Shown here: positions 24,556 through 37,432 of the stretch, one piece after another
Layout of the letters: the number at the start of each line of letters is the position of its first letter
Position numbering within the stretch: position 1 is the first letter of the stretch
Source: Octopus sinensis
Taxonomy: Eukaryota
Reading direction: 5' to 3'
Assembly (NCBI RefSeq): GCF_006345805.1
Contig: NW_021834491.1
Location: 1-60,014, forward strand
Length of the DNA: 60,014 bases
Position numbers and translations under genes: made by a program
The notes under the pieces: model-generated
Seen by the model: the letters and a program-made list of their open reading frames with translations, nothing else
What the model was told of the DNA's origin: nothing
Database searches by the model: none

Positions 24556-24698
24556 TTGTTTTTTGTGTTTTCTTTTTTTCCCCCTTTTACGATCCCTTTT
24601 GATCGAAAACCTACCCCCCCTTTTATTCTACCCCAAAAGAAAAGCTCTACTTTGTAATCTATCCCGTCTGTGTGCAGCCCTGTGTCTAATATAGAAAC
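24556..24698 (+). mobile_element. Headless 3'-tail fragment inserted in (TATC)n; tail resembles the SINE B2 tail
   Basis: ...TATCCCGTCTGTGTGCAGCCCTGTGTCTAATATAGAAA versus the B2 tail TGTCCCCTCTGTGTGTAGCCCCTTGTGGGTAGTAAAGAAA; ATCT repeats on both sides. Confidence 0.5.
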
Positions 24699-24957
24699 AT
24701 ATCTATCTATAACCAAAAAATGGCTTCGAGGGATATATAATCCTGGTTGTTACCGTGTTGTCTCTTATATCGGTTCGCAATGCTGGTCACAGTGAATGTT
24801 GAAACTCAAGTTAGTTAAAATTTACTCTACTCGGTTAATCCTCACTTGGTAAATCGAAATGCCCTTATAAGGGCTGCATAGTCTCTGTAGAGAAAATAAT
24901 GCCATTAATAAAGATCAGGAGAACTTGGATGTGCAAATTTTAGTTCTCTTGATCGTT

Positions 24958-25342
24958 ATAAATTTCAATAAGTATCGGAACTGTTGCTATAGTAACGAAG
25001 CTAAATCACGCAGAGTAAAGCCGCTTCGCGCAGACTGACCTTGAACTCTACTGTTCATGCGCGCAAAGTCTTAACTTTCTAGCTCACTTCCGCTTGGAAG
25101 GAACGTATGTAGTGTGTGGTCGTTACATTGAACACTAATGTGCATCAAAGTTTGCCTAAATCTTGGCGATACTTGCTCAGAAGCCTACGCAAGGTTGCAG
25201 AAAGTGTATGGAGAAGAGTGTTTGAGCCGAAAAAATTTCAATAGTGACGAACGTTCTGGGAGACCTGCAATCAACTAAACTGAGAAAAACATCGCAGATG
25301 TGTGTGCTGCTGTGACGGGATATTGTCGAATCCCCGTCTGTG
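24958..25342 (+). pseudogene. mariner transposon 5' part (TIR-like start + N-terminal HTH)
   Basis: CIKVCLNLGDTCSEAYARLQKVYGEECLSR...DERSGRPA..TEKNIADVCAAV...PVCEL matches mariner (IKFCxxLGxxxxExxxxLQxVYG; DxxRSGRP). Confidence 0.82.
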
Positions 25343-25678
25343 AGTTGAGTTATCAGAGGTGCTGCGTTGGAGAAGTAGGGCGGTGGGGTGGTAGGTGAAG
25401 GGAAACGAGTGACGGCTGGGTGGGTGCGGGGAGAGAGAGCAGATGCACGGTCCACGGAACATACTCTGGCAAGGGCGGTGTGGATAGTGGTGAAGGGATA
25501 TCAACGTAGGATGAAGTGGCGAGCCATGAGTTGAGACTGAAAGCGTGCTTAGACGGAGGTATTGGGAATAGGGGATGGAGAGTTTGGTATGTTTAGGATG
25601 GGAGGAGGAAAAGTTGAGGTAAGAGTGTGAGTCTGTGAGTTTGTAGTGGTGGTGAGAGTGGAGTGATGAATGCTAAGT
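25343..25678 (-). pseudogene. Penelope-like element RT C-terminal/thumb fragment
   Basis: YKLTDSHSYLNFSSSHPKHTKLSIPYSQYLRL...FQSQLMARHFILR*YP...ALARV.SVDR..AL...FTYHP matches the PLE motifs YxKPTxxxxYLxxxSxHP, SIPYSQxLR, RGYP and TYHP. Confidence 0.85.
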
Positions 25679-25711
25679 ACATATATATTATATATAATGT
25701 ATATATGTATA

Positions 25712-25744
<33 letters not shown>

Positions 25745-25762
<18 letters not shown>

Positions 25763-25811
25763 TAATGTATATATATAACAATTATGTATGCTTATATATA
25801 TGCGCGTGTTC

Positions 25812-25855
<44 letters not shown>

Positions 25856-25925
25856 TATAATGTATATATATAACAAATTATGTATGCTTATATATGCGCG
25901 TGTTCATATATAATATATATATATA
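25745..25925. repeat. ~90-bp tandem duplication within a TA-rich tract
   Basis: ATAATGTATATATATAACAA(A)TTATGTATGCTTATATATGCGCGTGTTCATATATAAT occurs twice. Confidence 0.85.
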
Positions 25926-26057
25926 TTGTCATGTATATATGTGTAAATACATATATACCTGCACACACACATATCGTAGATACATACCTACACACATATA
26001 TATGTATATATCTATATCTATATATTTATATCTATATCTATACCTATCTATCTATCC

Positions 26058-26147
<90 letters not shown>

Positions 26148-26148
26148 A

Positions 26149-26218
<70 letters not shown>

Positions 26219-26909
26219 CCTACCTATCTATCTATATACAAAACGTTATGACGCATGAAGAAACAGACATGACATACCTACACTTAACTGCATCTATACG
26301 CTTCCTCAACTTTCATTCTTACACTTATATTTAATTACTCATATACATGTATAAAATGCATGTCGCTGCATATATTGTATCGCCAGGACCACAAAATAAA
26401 ACCGGTTCACATGAAGGTAAGAGCGAATCCGCTTCAACATTATGAAGCCGGCATACTGATAGACGGAGACATGCATCCCTTTGCAGGCTTCTACAGACGT
26501 TCAGTGATTTTTTTATGTATATAGATGAATGTAAGTATTTAAAGACCTTCGCATTCATATACACCATTTGCATACATTCATACACTTATATATGTATATG
26601 CAATCTATTTGTAGAGAGACACCTATTCACGTGGCTGCTGACAAAAGCTATCAAATACGCAGATATAGAAATAGGTGTTCATACGCATACGGATTCGTAT
26701 TCAAGATACTGATGCAAATGCTCAACAACTCTTGATCAGATTTGAATATGTGTATGTATATGTGCATATAAATGTGTGTGTATGTATGTATATACATACA
26801 TACATACATATATATATTTATGTGTGTATATATATGTGTGTATATATATATGTATATATATCTATATCTATATATTATATACGTGTATATATATGCATAT
26901 ATATATATA

Positions 26910-26940
<31 letters not shown>

Positions 26941-26986
26941 CATATTATATATATGTATATATATCTACATCTATATCTATCTATCC

Positions 26987-27036
<50 letters not shown>

Positions 27037-27352
27037 TATCTATCATCTATCTATCTATCTATCTATCTTCTATCTATCTATCTATCTATCTATATATCTA
27101 TCTATCTATCTATCTATCTTTCTCACTGACTATATATATATATATATAACTATCTATATATATATGCGGTAGGAACGATTAAGTACACACGCATGTTATA
27201 TATATATATCTATCTATCTATATATATGTATATATACACATGTGTATATATATGTATATATCCAGATCAATATATATATATATGTATATATATCTATATA
27301 TACATATGTATATTTATATGTATGTATATATATATATATATATAATATATAT

Positions 27353-27410
<58 letters not shown>

Positions 27411-27784
27411 GTATAAACACTTACATTCGCACACAGACACACACATATATATGGTGAAACAACTCGACACCCACTCAAAACGATGGTTTGAAAGAATGGC
27501 AAGATGGTAAAGCTGAAAACATAAAACGTTATAGGAATTGTATAAAATCGTGTGATAGTGTAGAGACCGGAAATGATATGAGGAGGGTCTGGAATTACCT
27601 TTCTCAATGTCATAGTCGTGTGTCATGCAAGAGATTTATTGAGATCGAACGACGAACGCACAAAGACTCTACAACAATGGTAAGCAGAATTAAAGATATA
27701 AAAACCAAACTGACTAGCAATAACCCTAATGTTCTTCAATCCGTTAATACTTTTCAGAAATCCATTACAGAATCTCTTCGATAA

Positions 27785-27922
27785 AGTTTATTATTATTAT
27801 TGTTATTATTATTATTATCATCATCATTATTTTTATTATTATTATATTATTATTATTATTCTTATTATTATTATTATTATATATTATTATTATTATATTA
27901 TTATTTTATTATTATTATTATA

Positions 27923-27984
<62 letters not shown>

Positions 27985-28097
27985 TTCTTTCGATCTTTTC
28001 TCTCATCTACTCTCTTGTAAGCAAGATGTGCTCTGCTTAGCTCTACTTCCCTTATTTTCTTGTCTCTTTCTCTCTTATCGTTATTATTATTATTATT

Positions 28098-28141
<44 letters not shown>

Positions 28142-28149
28142 TATTATCA

Positions 28150-28197
<48 letters not shown>

Positions 28198-28205
28198 TAT
28201 TATTA
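27785..28205. repeat. (ATT)n/(ATC)n arrays
   Basis: Direct. Confidence 0.96.
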
Positions 28206-28619
28206 TACTTTTTGTTTCTGGAAAAAAAATCGCTAAAATTTCCGAAGTGTGTTTAATATGTGTTTTTTCTCTTGCTTTACATCTTAACTTCATATTTTTG
28301 ATGTACAACAACATAGATATTCCCTTAATGGATTGTTTAAAAAAATTGTTTAAGCTATAGGAATCTTTTTTCTCTATAGTCAAGTTTGCTGGAGGGAGCA
28401 AGGCTTATCTGGTGAATTCTTTTGTATTGACATACATGAAGCAGACGAATATTAATCATCCTCGATGACTATCGTATAACGCTTCTTCTGCTTGAGATTA
28501 ACTTCTCAGATTAGTACCCATTAACTAGTTAAATAAATTGAATCAGTATCTGGTGGCAGTCCAAGTCGATAGGATTGTCAGACTGCTGACCAAACAAGCG
28601 GTTTATATTTGGCCGTATA

Positions 28620-29400
28620 TGATGTACCGTATGTACATGACTCTTGACTCTGTGTTGAATTCTGTGTAAATCTTTATGACATTCTGTGAAGCTGTATGTA
28701 CAATGTTCTTGGCGATGTGTGTATAGAGATCTTGACATTATATAGAAACCTGCGTAGATGGATGTTGACTAAGTGTAGAAATATGTGTAGATATTCCAAA
28801 ATGCAGAATTGTGTATACATGATTCATGACATTTTGTGAAACTGCACATGAGGGTTTTAGAGCAGTGCGTATATGGATCTTAGTGCTGTGTAGAAATATG
28901 TGCGCATGGATCTGAACAAAATATGGTACTGTGTGTGTATATGGATCATCATATTATGGGAAACGTGTGGGCCTGTATGTGCACGAATCTTATGCTATAC
29001 AAATGTGTGTATATGGTTCTTGGTCCTTTATAGAACTTTATGTACAGGGATCTTGTCACCATGTGGAAATACGTGATTATGCATCTTCTCATCGTGTGGA
29101 AATGTGTGTACGTTGGTTTTGGAAAAATGCGGAACTGTGTATACATCGATTTTGCCATTCTGTAGAAATGTCGTCTGTATATAGATACCATGTGGAACGG
29201 TATGAACAACGAACTTGGAGAAGCGTGTAGATAGATTTTGGCAAATACGGACATGCGTGTATATGTATCTGACAAGTGTGTGGAACTGTGTGTCTTCATG
29301 GATCTTGACACCATTTGGAAAAGTGTGCATACGGATCTTTACTCTACGTTAGAACTGTGTGTACATGGTTTTGGAGTTTATGGAAGTATGTGTATACAAC
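28620..29400. repeat. Old, diverged 33-bp tandem array (approx. consensus GTGGAACTGTGTGTACATGGATCTTGACACCAT)
   Basis: Unit starts at 28997, 29030, 29063, 29096, 29129 and 29162, an exact 33-bp spacing despite heavy substitution. Confidence 0.85.
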
Positions 29401-30035
29401 AGAAAAAATGGCGTTTTGGGGAAGGAAATGGTGTGAATACTTGCAACAGAGTAAACTTTGCTAAAGGCTTACAAGAACGAGGTGGTAGTGAAGAGCTAGA
29501 TTACGTGTTAGGACAGATAATGTTTGTAAGTATTGCTCACTGCTGTGAGAAATGAGGAACTTTCACCCAATTTTCTAACTGTCAATGATGGCTAACAGTC
29601 TGACTTGATTTAGGTATATAAAAACAAAAACGGTAGTCTTGACTTAGGTATAGTAAATGTAGAGTAAGACTTGATCTACATATGCTATTTGGTCTGAACT
29701 TAGATATACAAATAAAGAGAAAGTCTTGAGCTAGATGTTCAGCAAAAGACTTGACTGAGATATACTGAATGTTGAAGAAGATTACATATGAAGGGAAAGT
29801 CTGCATCAAGATACATACATATCCCATATGAAGAGGAAAACTTGATCTCGTAGCAATGCTAGCTGTTTAAGAAGTGTTGAGATAGAGGTATTAAATTGAC
29901 GGCCATTGAATTAGAACTCGTAACGTAATGAACTGAGACAAATACACCTTGCAAATCTTAACGACTCTGTTTGCTCAACCCGTCTAAAATCGGCTATGAT
30001 TCGATGATATAAACTTTGTTTTAATTTGCTTTAAA

Positions 30036-30300
30036 GTGGAGGCGCGTAGCTTAGTGGTTAGGGTGTCGTAAGATTGTGGTTAGGGATCGTAAGATTGTGG
30101 TTTCGATTCCTGGACCGGGCGACGCGTTGTGTTCTTGAGCAAAACATTTCATTTCATGTTGCTCCAGTTCACTCAGCTGGAAAAAATAAGTAACGCTGCG
30201 ATGGACTGGCGTCCCGTCCAGCTGGGGAACACATACGCCATAGAAACCGGGAAACCGGGCCCATGAACCTGGCTAGGCTTTAAAAGGGCACATTTATTTT
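30036..30300 (+). mobile_element. SINE family C with a third tail type; internal duplication in the tRNA-derived head
   Basis: GTGGAGGCGCGTAGCTTAGTGG...GTTTCGATTCC...GTGTTCTTGAGCAAAAC...CTCCAGTTCACTCAGCTG...GCGATGGACTGGCGTCCCGTCCAG; GGTTAGGG..TCGTAAGATTGT occurs twice. Confidence 0.85.
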
Positions 30301-30639
30301 AAATTAAAAATTTTCATTAAAATTTCATGTAGTTTATGTTCCAAACACCAGTATAAAAATGACAAAGTCATTTCATTAATTTCTTCATTATTTTAAAAAT
30401 TGATTGAATCAAAGTCAGTGTATTTCAACAGAAATATACAGTAAGAAAAGGATTAAATATTCACGATACTGGTTGACACCGTATGTCAGATGTACGTGAG
30501 TAATGTTAACGGATATCGACTGGCAATCCTCACGGTGCTCTGAGACCTGAAACTGGCATGTATTTGATTGAACGATCGAATGATTGGTTATTTATTTTTA
30601 TTTTTAGTTTTATATCACATTTTGTGAACAACACTGACG

Positions 30640-30910
30640 TTGATTGCGAGTTTTCGACAGAGCAATCACTGGTTCACTGCACACGACGGGATTTAGTGAG
30701 GACTTCGTCTGAAAGCACCAGTTTTTATCGGGTTCATTGCAGACGTCAACATTGGCGAAGCACACACACACACGACAACCTTCTGTGCAGTTTCTGCCTA
30801 CCGAATTTCTTTCATTTAGCAAGCTGCCACTATGATGAATGACTTCCCAAACGTACCTCGGAAGGATATCGAACCGAAACTCTCGTGGATCCGTGCAAAC
30901 ATTTTGACTA
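30640..30910 (-). mobile_element. Highly diverged SINE A-like copy
   Basis: Minus strand: GGTTCGATATCC...TTTGGGAAGTC...GGTAGGCAGAAACTGCACAGAAG..GTCGTGTGTG parallels the family A layout. Confidence 0.45.
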
Positions 30911-31070
30911 CACAACCATGTCTGAACTCGTAGAGATAAAAGGACAAATTCTATTCCAGAAAGGTTTGAATTCCGAATGCAGCACTGAAATTCCTTGCAT
31001 CTATATCTAAAGTACTTGGTCCACTACAATATTCTTTGGGCTCACACAATGTTTGCAAATCTTATAATAA

Positions 31071-31275
31071 TCCTTTCTACAATAAGCATAAGGCTTGAAA
31101 TTGTAAAGGATGGGGCTACTCGATTACATCGACCCCAGTGCATAGCTGGTACTTATTCTATCGAGTCCGAAAAGATGAAAAGCAATATTGATCTCGGTGG
31201 AATTTGAACTCAGAAAGTAAACAAGAACAAATGTTGCTATGCATTTCGCCCGGCGTGCTAACAATTCTGCCAGCC
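31071..31275 (-). mobile_element. SINE B1
   Basis: B1 tail, core and head. Confidence 0.85.
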
Positions 31276-31291
31276 AGAATTTATAATAATT

Positions 31292-31364
<73 letters not shown>

Positions 31365-31470
31365 GTGCCTGGTGTACCCTTATCAGGCGGGTAGTCATGA
31401 TGGGTATACTGGGCTTCGTATATTTTATCCCAGTGTCACTTTGATGACATGCACTGTCCTCTCACTCAAT
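31365..31470 (+). mobile_element. 5'-truncated copy of the 22340-22961 element, inside (TAA)n
   Basis: GTGCCTGGTGTACCCTTATCAG...CACTTTGATGACATGCACTGTCCTCTCACTCAAT, with TAA repeats on both sides. Confidence 0.8.
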
Positions 31471-31586
31471 AATAATGATGATGATGATGAGATGATGATG
31501 ATGATGATGACCAATTCCAAATTGGTCAGTGCTGAAATGATTGCTGACAGAAGCAAAACAAAACAGCAACAACAACAACAACAACG

Positions 31587-31641
<55 letters not shown>

Positions 31642-31660
31642 TAATAATAATAATGATAAT

Positions 31661-32103
31661 ACACACAGATAGTGAAATTAAGGCCAATAGGCCGGATATA
31701 GTTGTCAGAGATCATCGAGAAAAAAACGCTTTCTAATCGATGTATCAATACCAACAGATGACAATGTTTCTCTAAAAGAAATGGAGAAACGTTCAAAATG
31801 CAAAGATCTGGAAATAGAAGTAACTCGAATGTGGAGCCTAAAAACAGAAACTATTCCAATCTTAGTAGGCGCATTAGGTATGATAAAAAAATATTCAAAT
31901 AAATATATAATAAAATCACCAGGACTAACAGGTATGTATAACATAGAGAAAATAGTTCTACAAGGCACCGTACACAACATCCTACGTAAAACACTTTCAT
32001 TACAGTAGCAATAAGAGCATGACAACAAACCACGGCACATGCCCAAGGCACACAGAGCTGCGCTCGATTGTGCAGTGAAAGTATGTGACAAAAATAACTG
32101 AAT
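31661..32103 (+). mobile_element. R4/Dong-like 3' fragment (endonuclease domain + 3' UTR) inside (TAA)n
   Basis: HTDSEIKANRPDIVVRDH...LIDVSIPTDDNVSLKEMEKRSKCKDLEIEVTRMW...VGALG...QGTVHNILRKTL*. Confidence 0.9.
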
Positions 32104-32123
32104 AGTAATAATAATAATGATAA

Positions 32124-32338
32124 TCTTTTCTACTCTAGGCACAAGGCCTGAAATTTAGTGGTAGGGGACAAGTCGATTACATTACCGCCAGTGTTTCACT
32201 GGAACTTAATTTATTGATCCCGAAGAGATGACAGGCAAAGTCGACCTCGGCGGAATTTGAACTTAGAACGTGAAGACGGACGAAATACTGCTAAGCCTTT
32301 CGCCTGGAGTGCTAACGTTTCTGCTAGCTCATCCTCTT
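32124..32338 (-). mobile_element. SINE B1
   Basis: B1 tail, core and head. Confidence 0.85.
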
Positions 32339-32362
32339 CATAATAATAATAATAATAATATT

Positions 32363-32433
<71 letters not shown>

Positions 32434-33106
32434 GTACCTGCAGAATATGTGGAGATGGACAAGAAACAATAAATCATATTATCTCTAGCTGCCCAGTCCT
32501 GGCTAAGAAGGAATATATTCACAGACATGACAGAGTTGGAACCTACATACATTGGAAGCTATGCAACATTATGGAATAACAACAGAAAAAAAGATGGTAT
32601 AGGCCACACAGACCAGAAAAAGTCACAGAAAACGAGAAAGCAACCATACTCTGGGATATGCAGATACACACAGATAGAGAAATTAAGGCCAACAGACCAG
32701 ATATAGTTGTCAGAGATCATGAAGAAAAAAATGCTTTCTAATTGATGTATCAATACAGCTGATGACAACGTGTCTCTAAAAGAAATGGAGAAACTCTCAA
32801 AATACAAAGACCTGGAAATAGAGGTAACTAGAATGTGGAATCTGAAAACAGAAACAATTCCTATCATAGTAGGTGCATTAGGCATGATAAAATATTCAGA
32901 CAAATACATAACAAAAACACCAAGACTTACAAACACATATAACATACAGAAAATTGCACTACTAGGCACTGCACACATCCTACGCAGAACACTTTCCATA
33001 CAATAACCATCAGAGCATCACAACAAATCACAGCACATACCCAAGGTACACAGAGCTGCGCTCGGTAGTGAAGTGAAAGCACGCTATAAAAATAAAACTA
33101 CTGAAT
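32434..33106 (+). mobile_element. R4/Dong-like 3' fragment (CCHC knuckle + endonuclease + 3' UTR) inside (TAA)n
   Basis: CRICGDGQETINHIISSCPVLAKKEYIHRHDRV...ILWDMQIHTDREIKANRPDIVV...IDVSI..DDNVSLKEMEKLSKYKDLEIEVTRMW...LLGTAHILRRTL*, with frameshifts; same subfamily as 31661-32103. Confidence 0.92.
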
Positions 33107-33413
33107 AATAATAATAATAATTTTTAATAATAAAGTTTACTTTATTAACTACTAAAGGTGCAGAAAAAAACAAAACAAATATTTGGAACAGTACAAGACA
33201 ATACAATGTGGAGCTACATAAAACGAACCGTGTATACAGTGACAACAACATCATCAACAACAACAACAAGAACAACAACAATAATAACAGTTATAAATTT
33301 ATCTTTCTATGCAAAGGAAATGTACAATATCAAATTTAGAAAACCATAATTAAGTTATTGATAATTACAAAATGATACGTACATACATACATACATGTAT
33401 GTATGTATGTATG

Positions 33414-33447
<34 letters not shown>

Positions 33448-34169
33448 TGTATGTATGTATGTATGCATGTATGTATGATATGGTATGGTATGGTATATAT
33501 GACTGAATGTTTGTATGTATATGTATATATATATACATATATTTGTAATTAACAATAATACACACATATTTAGATATATATGTTGATATATATGTAAGTA
33601 TGTATATTATGTGTATGTAAATATGTATATATGTACATATGTATATGTGTATATATATTATAGTATATCTATATATATTATATATATATATATATATATT
33701 ATATATAATATATTCATATATTATGTATGTATGAATGTATGTATGTATCTGTGAAAACGATAGAAGAGGAGTAAAATATATGAAAATGTGAGATATTTGC
33801 AAAATATCGATTGTGGTTGTTATTTATTCAATGAAATGGTGATGTGTAATGTAAATGGGGAAAGTACGATTGTTTGAATATTAACTAATAAAACAAGGAA
33901 TGAGTAATGAAAGAGAAGGGATGGTGTGTAGAGAGGAAGAGGAAGAGGGAAAGGGGAAGGAGGAGGGATATAAGGAATAGATGCGGAAGTTAAGAATAAG
34001 TCGAAAGTAGAGGAAGAGAAAGAGGGAATTGTGTAGAAGGGGAAAAGAAGAGAGGAAGAGAGAAAGAGAGAGGGTGAAAGGAAAAAGAGATGAGAGAGGG
34101 GGAGTGGGAGAGAGATGGAGTGAGCAGGAGAGAGATGGAGATAAAGTAAAAGAGGCTATCTGAGTCTGA

Positions 34170-34230
34170 GACCCCGTTCGGTCACGACACAGACCATGGG
34201 ATTGCACCTAGAAAGTTACTCTCTCCGGAC
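34170..34230 (-). mobile_element. Isolated 3' tail of the 15634-type SINE C (or of its partner LINE)
   Basis: Reverse complement GTAACTTTCTAGGTGCAATCCCATGGTC...GACCGAA matches 15925-15963. Confidence 0.7.
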
Positions 34231-34234
34231 CCTA

Positions 34235-34345
34235 AGTAAAGCAGGTGTAAAATTTGAATGAAATTGGTTGTGTAGTTCTCAAGTTTTAGGGAAACACACA
34301 GACAGACAGACACACATTCTCAGTTTTATATATATATATATATAT
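34235..34345 (+). mobile_element. Possible non-autonomous Helitron/DINE-1-like 3' end
   Basis: AAATTTGAATGAAATTGGTTGTGTAGTTCTCAAGTTTTAGGGAAACACACAGACAGACAGACACACATTCTCAGTTTTATATATA resembles that layout; recognised from memory only. Confidence 0.4.
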
Positions 34346-34490
34346 ATCACGTGATCACGTAACCGACCAGACCATCAGATGTTGCTACACATCGCTGGTC
34401 ACAATGCGTTTTGCATTGTTTGAGCCTTCGAACGACGCCACCCCGCTGGCTAAGCGAGCAGGCCAACAGAAGAAAGAGTGAGAAAGAGTA
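34346..34490 (-). mobile_element. Probable SINE 3' tail fragment ending in (ATCACGTG) repeats
   Basis: GC-richer island between SINE pieces; recalled as a recurring repeat, not verified. Confidence 0.4.
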
Positions 34491-34500
34491 ATATATAAAT

Positions 34501-34619
34501 CCACTCACAAAGCTCGAGGCTATAGTAGAAGACACTTGCCCAAGGTGCCACGCAGTGAGACTGAACCGGAACCATATGGTTGGTAAGAAAACTACTTACA
34601 ATACATCCATCCTGCGCCT
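34501..34619 (-). mobile_element. SINE A head fragment
   Basis: GGCTATAGTAGAAGACACTTGCCCAAGGTGCCACGCAGTG...CCTGCGCCT. Confidence 0.88.
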
Positions 34620-34628
34620 ATATGTTTA

Positions 34629-34675
<47 letters not shown>

Positions 34676-34705
34676 ATATATAATATATATATAGTATGTA
34701 TATAT

Positions 34706-35120
34706 AGGACGAGGAGTGGCTGTGTGGTAAGTAGCTTGCTTACCAAAACCACATGGTTCTGGGTTCAGTACCACTGCGTGCCACTTTGGGCAAGTGTCTT
34801 CTATTATAGCCTCGGGCCGACCAAAGCCTTGTGACTGGATTTGGTAAACGGAAACTGAAAGAAGCCCGTCGTATATATGTATATATATGTATGTGCATGT
34901 GTGTTTGTGTGTCTGTGTTTGTTCCCCTAGCATTGCTTGACAACCGATGCTGGCGTGTTTATGTCCCCGTCACTTAGCGGTTCGGCAAAAGAGACCGATA
35001 GAATAAGTACTGGGCTCACAAAGAATAAGTCCCGTGGTTGAGTTGCTCGATTGAAGGTGGTGCTCCAGCATGGCCGCAGTCAAATGACTGAAACAAGTAA
35101 AAGAGTAAAGATTAAGAGTA
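34706..35120 (+). mobile_element. SINE family A, full length
   Basis: Same structure as 20641-21070. Confidence 0.92.
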
Positions 35121-35811
35121 GATATATCTATATACACATATATATAAACACATACACACATATATGTATATATATATATATGCATGTGTGTGTATATATT
35201 TATGTATGTATATATACACATACTTTGTGTATATATATACATTGTCGTTCCGTTAAGGTAAGATCAATAAAGAAGTATTCCATCCAGTGAGAGATAATAT
35301 CATTTATTGTACACAATATGAAGATACGAATTGCTAATAGATTCTGGCTTTGGAGACACGGGTCTAAGCCGGTCTTTGTAACACCCTTTGCGTCCCCTGG
35401 CAATCTTGAGGCTCTAAGCACATAGTCTATTCTATATGAAAATCTCGTGTATTCTTATTTGCAAATAGAATAGACCATGTGCTCAGAGCCTGGGATTGTT
35501 TGGAGACATAAGGCCTGTTATAAAAGCCTGCCTAAGCCAGTGTCTTCAAAGGAAGAAATTATTAATAGTTCGCATACATACGTACAGACATACGTACATA
35601 CGTACATACATGCATGCATTAATACATACATAATACATACATACATGCATACATACATATATACATACATACATAAGTAGTTGAATGAATTATCTTAGTA
35701 TGGATAATTCGGTTAACCGATACCTGGGTAGCAAATTCACGTCAGAAAAACACGGTTGAAGCTACATGCCAAGGGCAGATATCACGTGCTTTCGTGTGGA
35801 AATTTGTGTGT

Positions 35812-35922
35812 TTTTTTAATACAAATAAATGAAAGAATGGAGTTGAACGACGATTTAACAAAATTCTTTTATTCTCTAAATCGTCGTTCAACTCCATTCT
35901 TTCATTTATTTGTATTAAAAAA
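35812..35922. repeat. Perfect 46-bp inverted repeat with a 19-nt loop
   Basis: 35812-35857 is the exact reverse complement of 35877-35922; the ORF track shows the same peptide FLIQINERMELNDDL on both strands. Confidence 0.97.
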
Positions 35923-36384
35923 TATATATATATACATACATATATATATATATATATACATGCGCGTGAATATATAACACAGGATACATGAGATCGTACG
36001 TTACGAAGCACTGCGCTCCTGAAATTTGTGCCGTAAAGTGAAATTGCGTAACGCGATGTATATTTTCCATTGACTTCCATATTAAATGGAACTCAATTGC
36101 ATTATTAAACTATTTCCATATATGTACCTCTGTAGATACTCACACGCGTACACACATACATAGACACGTGTGCAAACACATTTACACGAATAGACACCCT
36201 CACATGTATATGTATGTATGCACAGCCTTTCTTTCATTATTTTTTTCATTCTCTTAAAGACGCTGAGAGAATTTTGCTAATAGAATTAGGATTGGAATTA
36301 ATTACAAGAACAAGAAACGTTTCCTTCTTTTTTTTTTGAATTTTATTTCAGGATTAACTAAATGCTTTCCACTATCACACACAC

Positions 36385-36418
<34 letters not shown>

Positions 36419-36426
36419 ATATATGC

Positions 36427-36458
<32 letters not shown>

Positions 36459-36498
36459 TGCATATATATATAGGTTTTCTGACGATTCTTTCTTTTAT

Positions 36499-36532
<34 letters not shown>

Positions 36533-36608
36533 ATACGTATTGTATGTATGTATATATATGTATATATATATATATATATATTATTACATCTATATATATA
36601 GATATATA

Positions 36609-36679
<71 letters not shown>

Positions 36680-37272
36680 TATATATGTTCGTGTATATGT
36701 ATACATACTTTTCTGAATGTCTCATTCATCAGTATAACTGCATCGTTTTTTTTCCATTTCTCTAATATAAGTATTTAAAACTCATATATTTGTTAAGGTT
36801 TCGTTTTATTAAACGAATTCTATAACGAAATTTTTCTTTTTCCGTAAGGCAACTTCAATGTCATCAAGATTAAAACTGTAATGTTTAAATAATTTAAAGA
36901 GTTTATAAGCAACATTTATCGAATAAAACGAATATTAATATTACCAGTTACTCTCTGCGCATGCTCCGCATATTGATACAATTTCAATTCTTCTGTTTGG
37001 TGTTCCTTATACATAAAAATACTTTGTGGTTTATTGTAGAAAAATTTAGATACAGTAATGGCTCAAAGTTGAAACTCTACTAATTATTTGTTCACCTAGC
37101 TGTAGATTAATTTCTGGGTAAAATAAACATGGCTTCTTTTTATCTGCACAATTCGCCATATTGGGGATTAACTGCTGCATGTGATGCTTCTTACTTCTGT
37201 CTTCAATGATACCAATGATACTATACAAACTATTTATTGTACAATCCAGAATATGTGTATATATGTTTACAT

Positions 37273-37432
37273 AGGCGCAGGATGTGTACTTTAGAAGCAC
37301 GTTTTGTTGGCACAAGATTTCGAGTTCGGTTTCTCTGCGCGGTAACTTGGGAAAATGATTTCCGCCATAGCCTCGGACCGACCAGTACCTTGTGAATGAA
37401 TTTGGTTGACTGATCCTGTGTGGAGGCCAGTC

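Noticed and set aside
27488-27784. 98-aa non-repetitive ORF with an internal ATG|GTAAGC donor-like site
   Set aside because: TTG start, no acceptor tract, no recognisable motif; within chance expectation for 60 kb.
28620-29850. Regularly spaced ~33-bp units as a CRISPR array
   Set aside because: Tandem diverged units without unique spacers, eukaryotic context, no cas genes.
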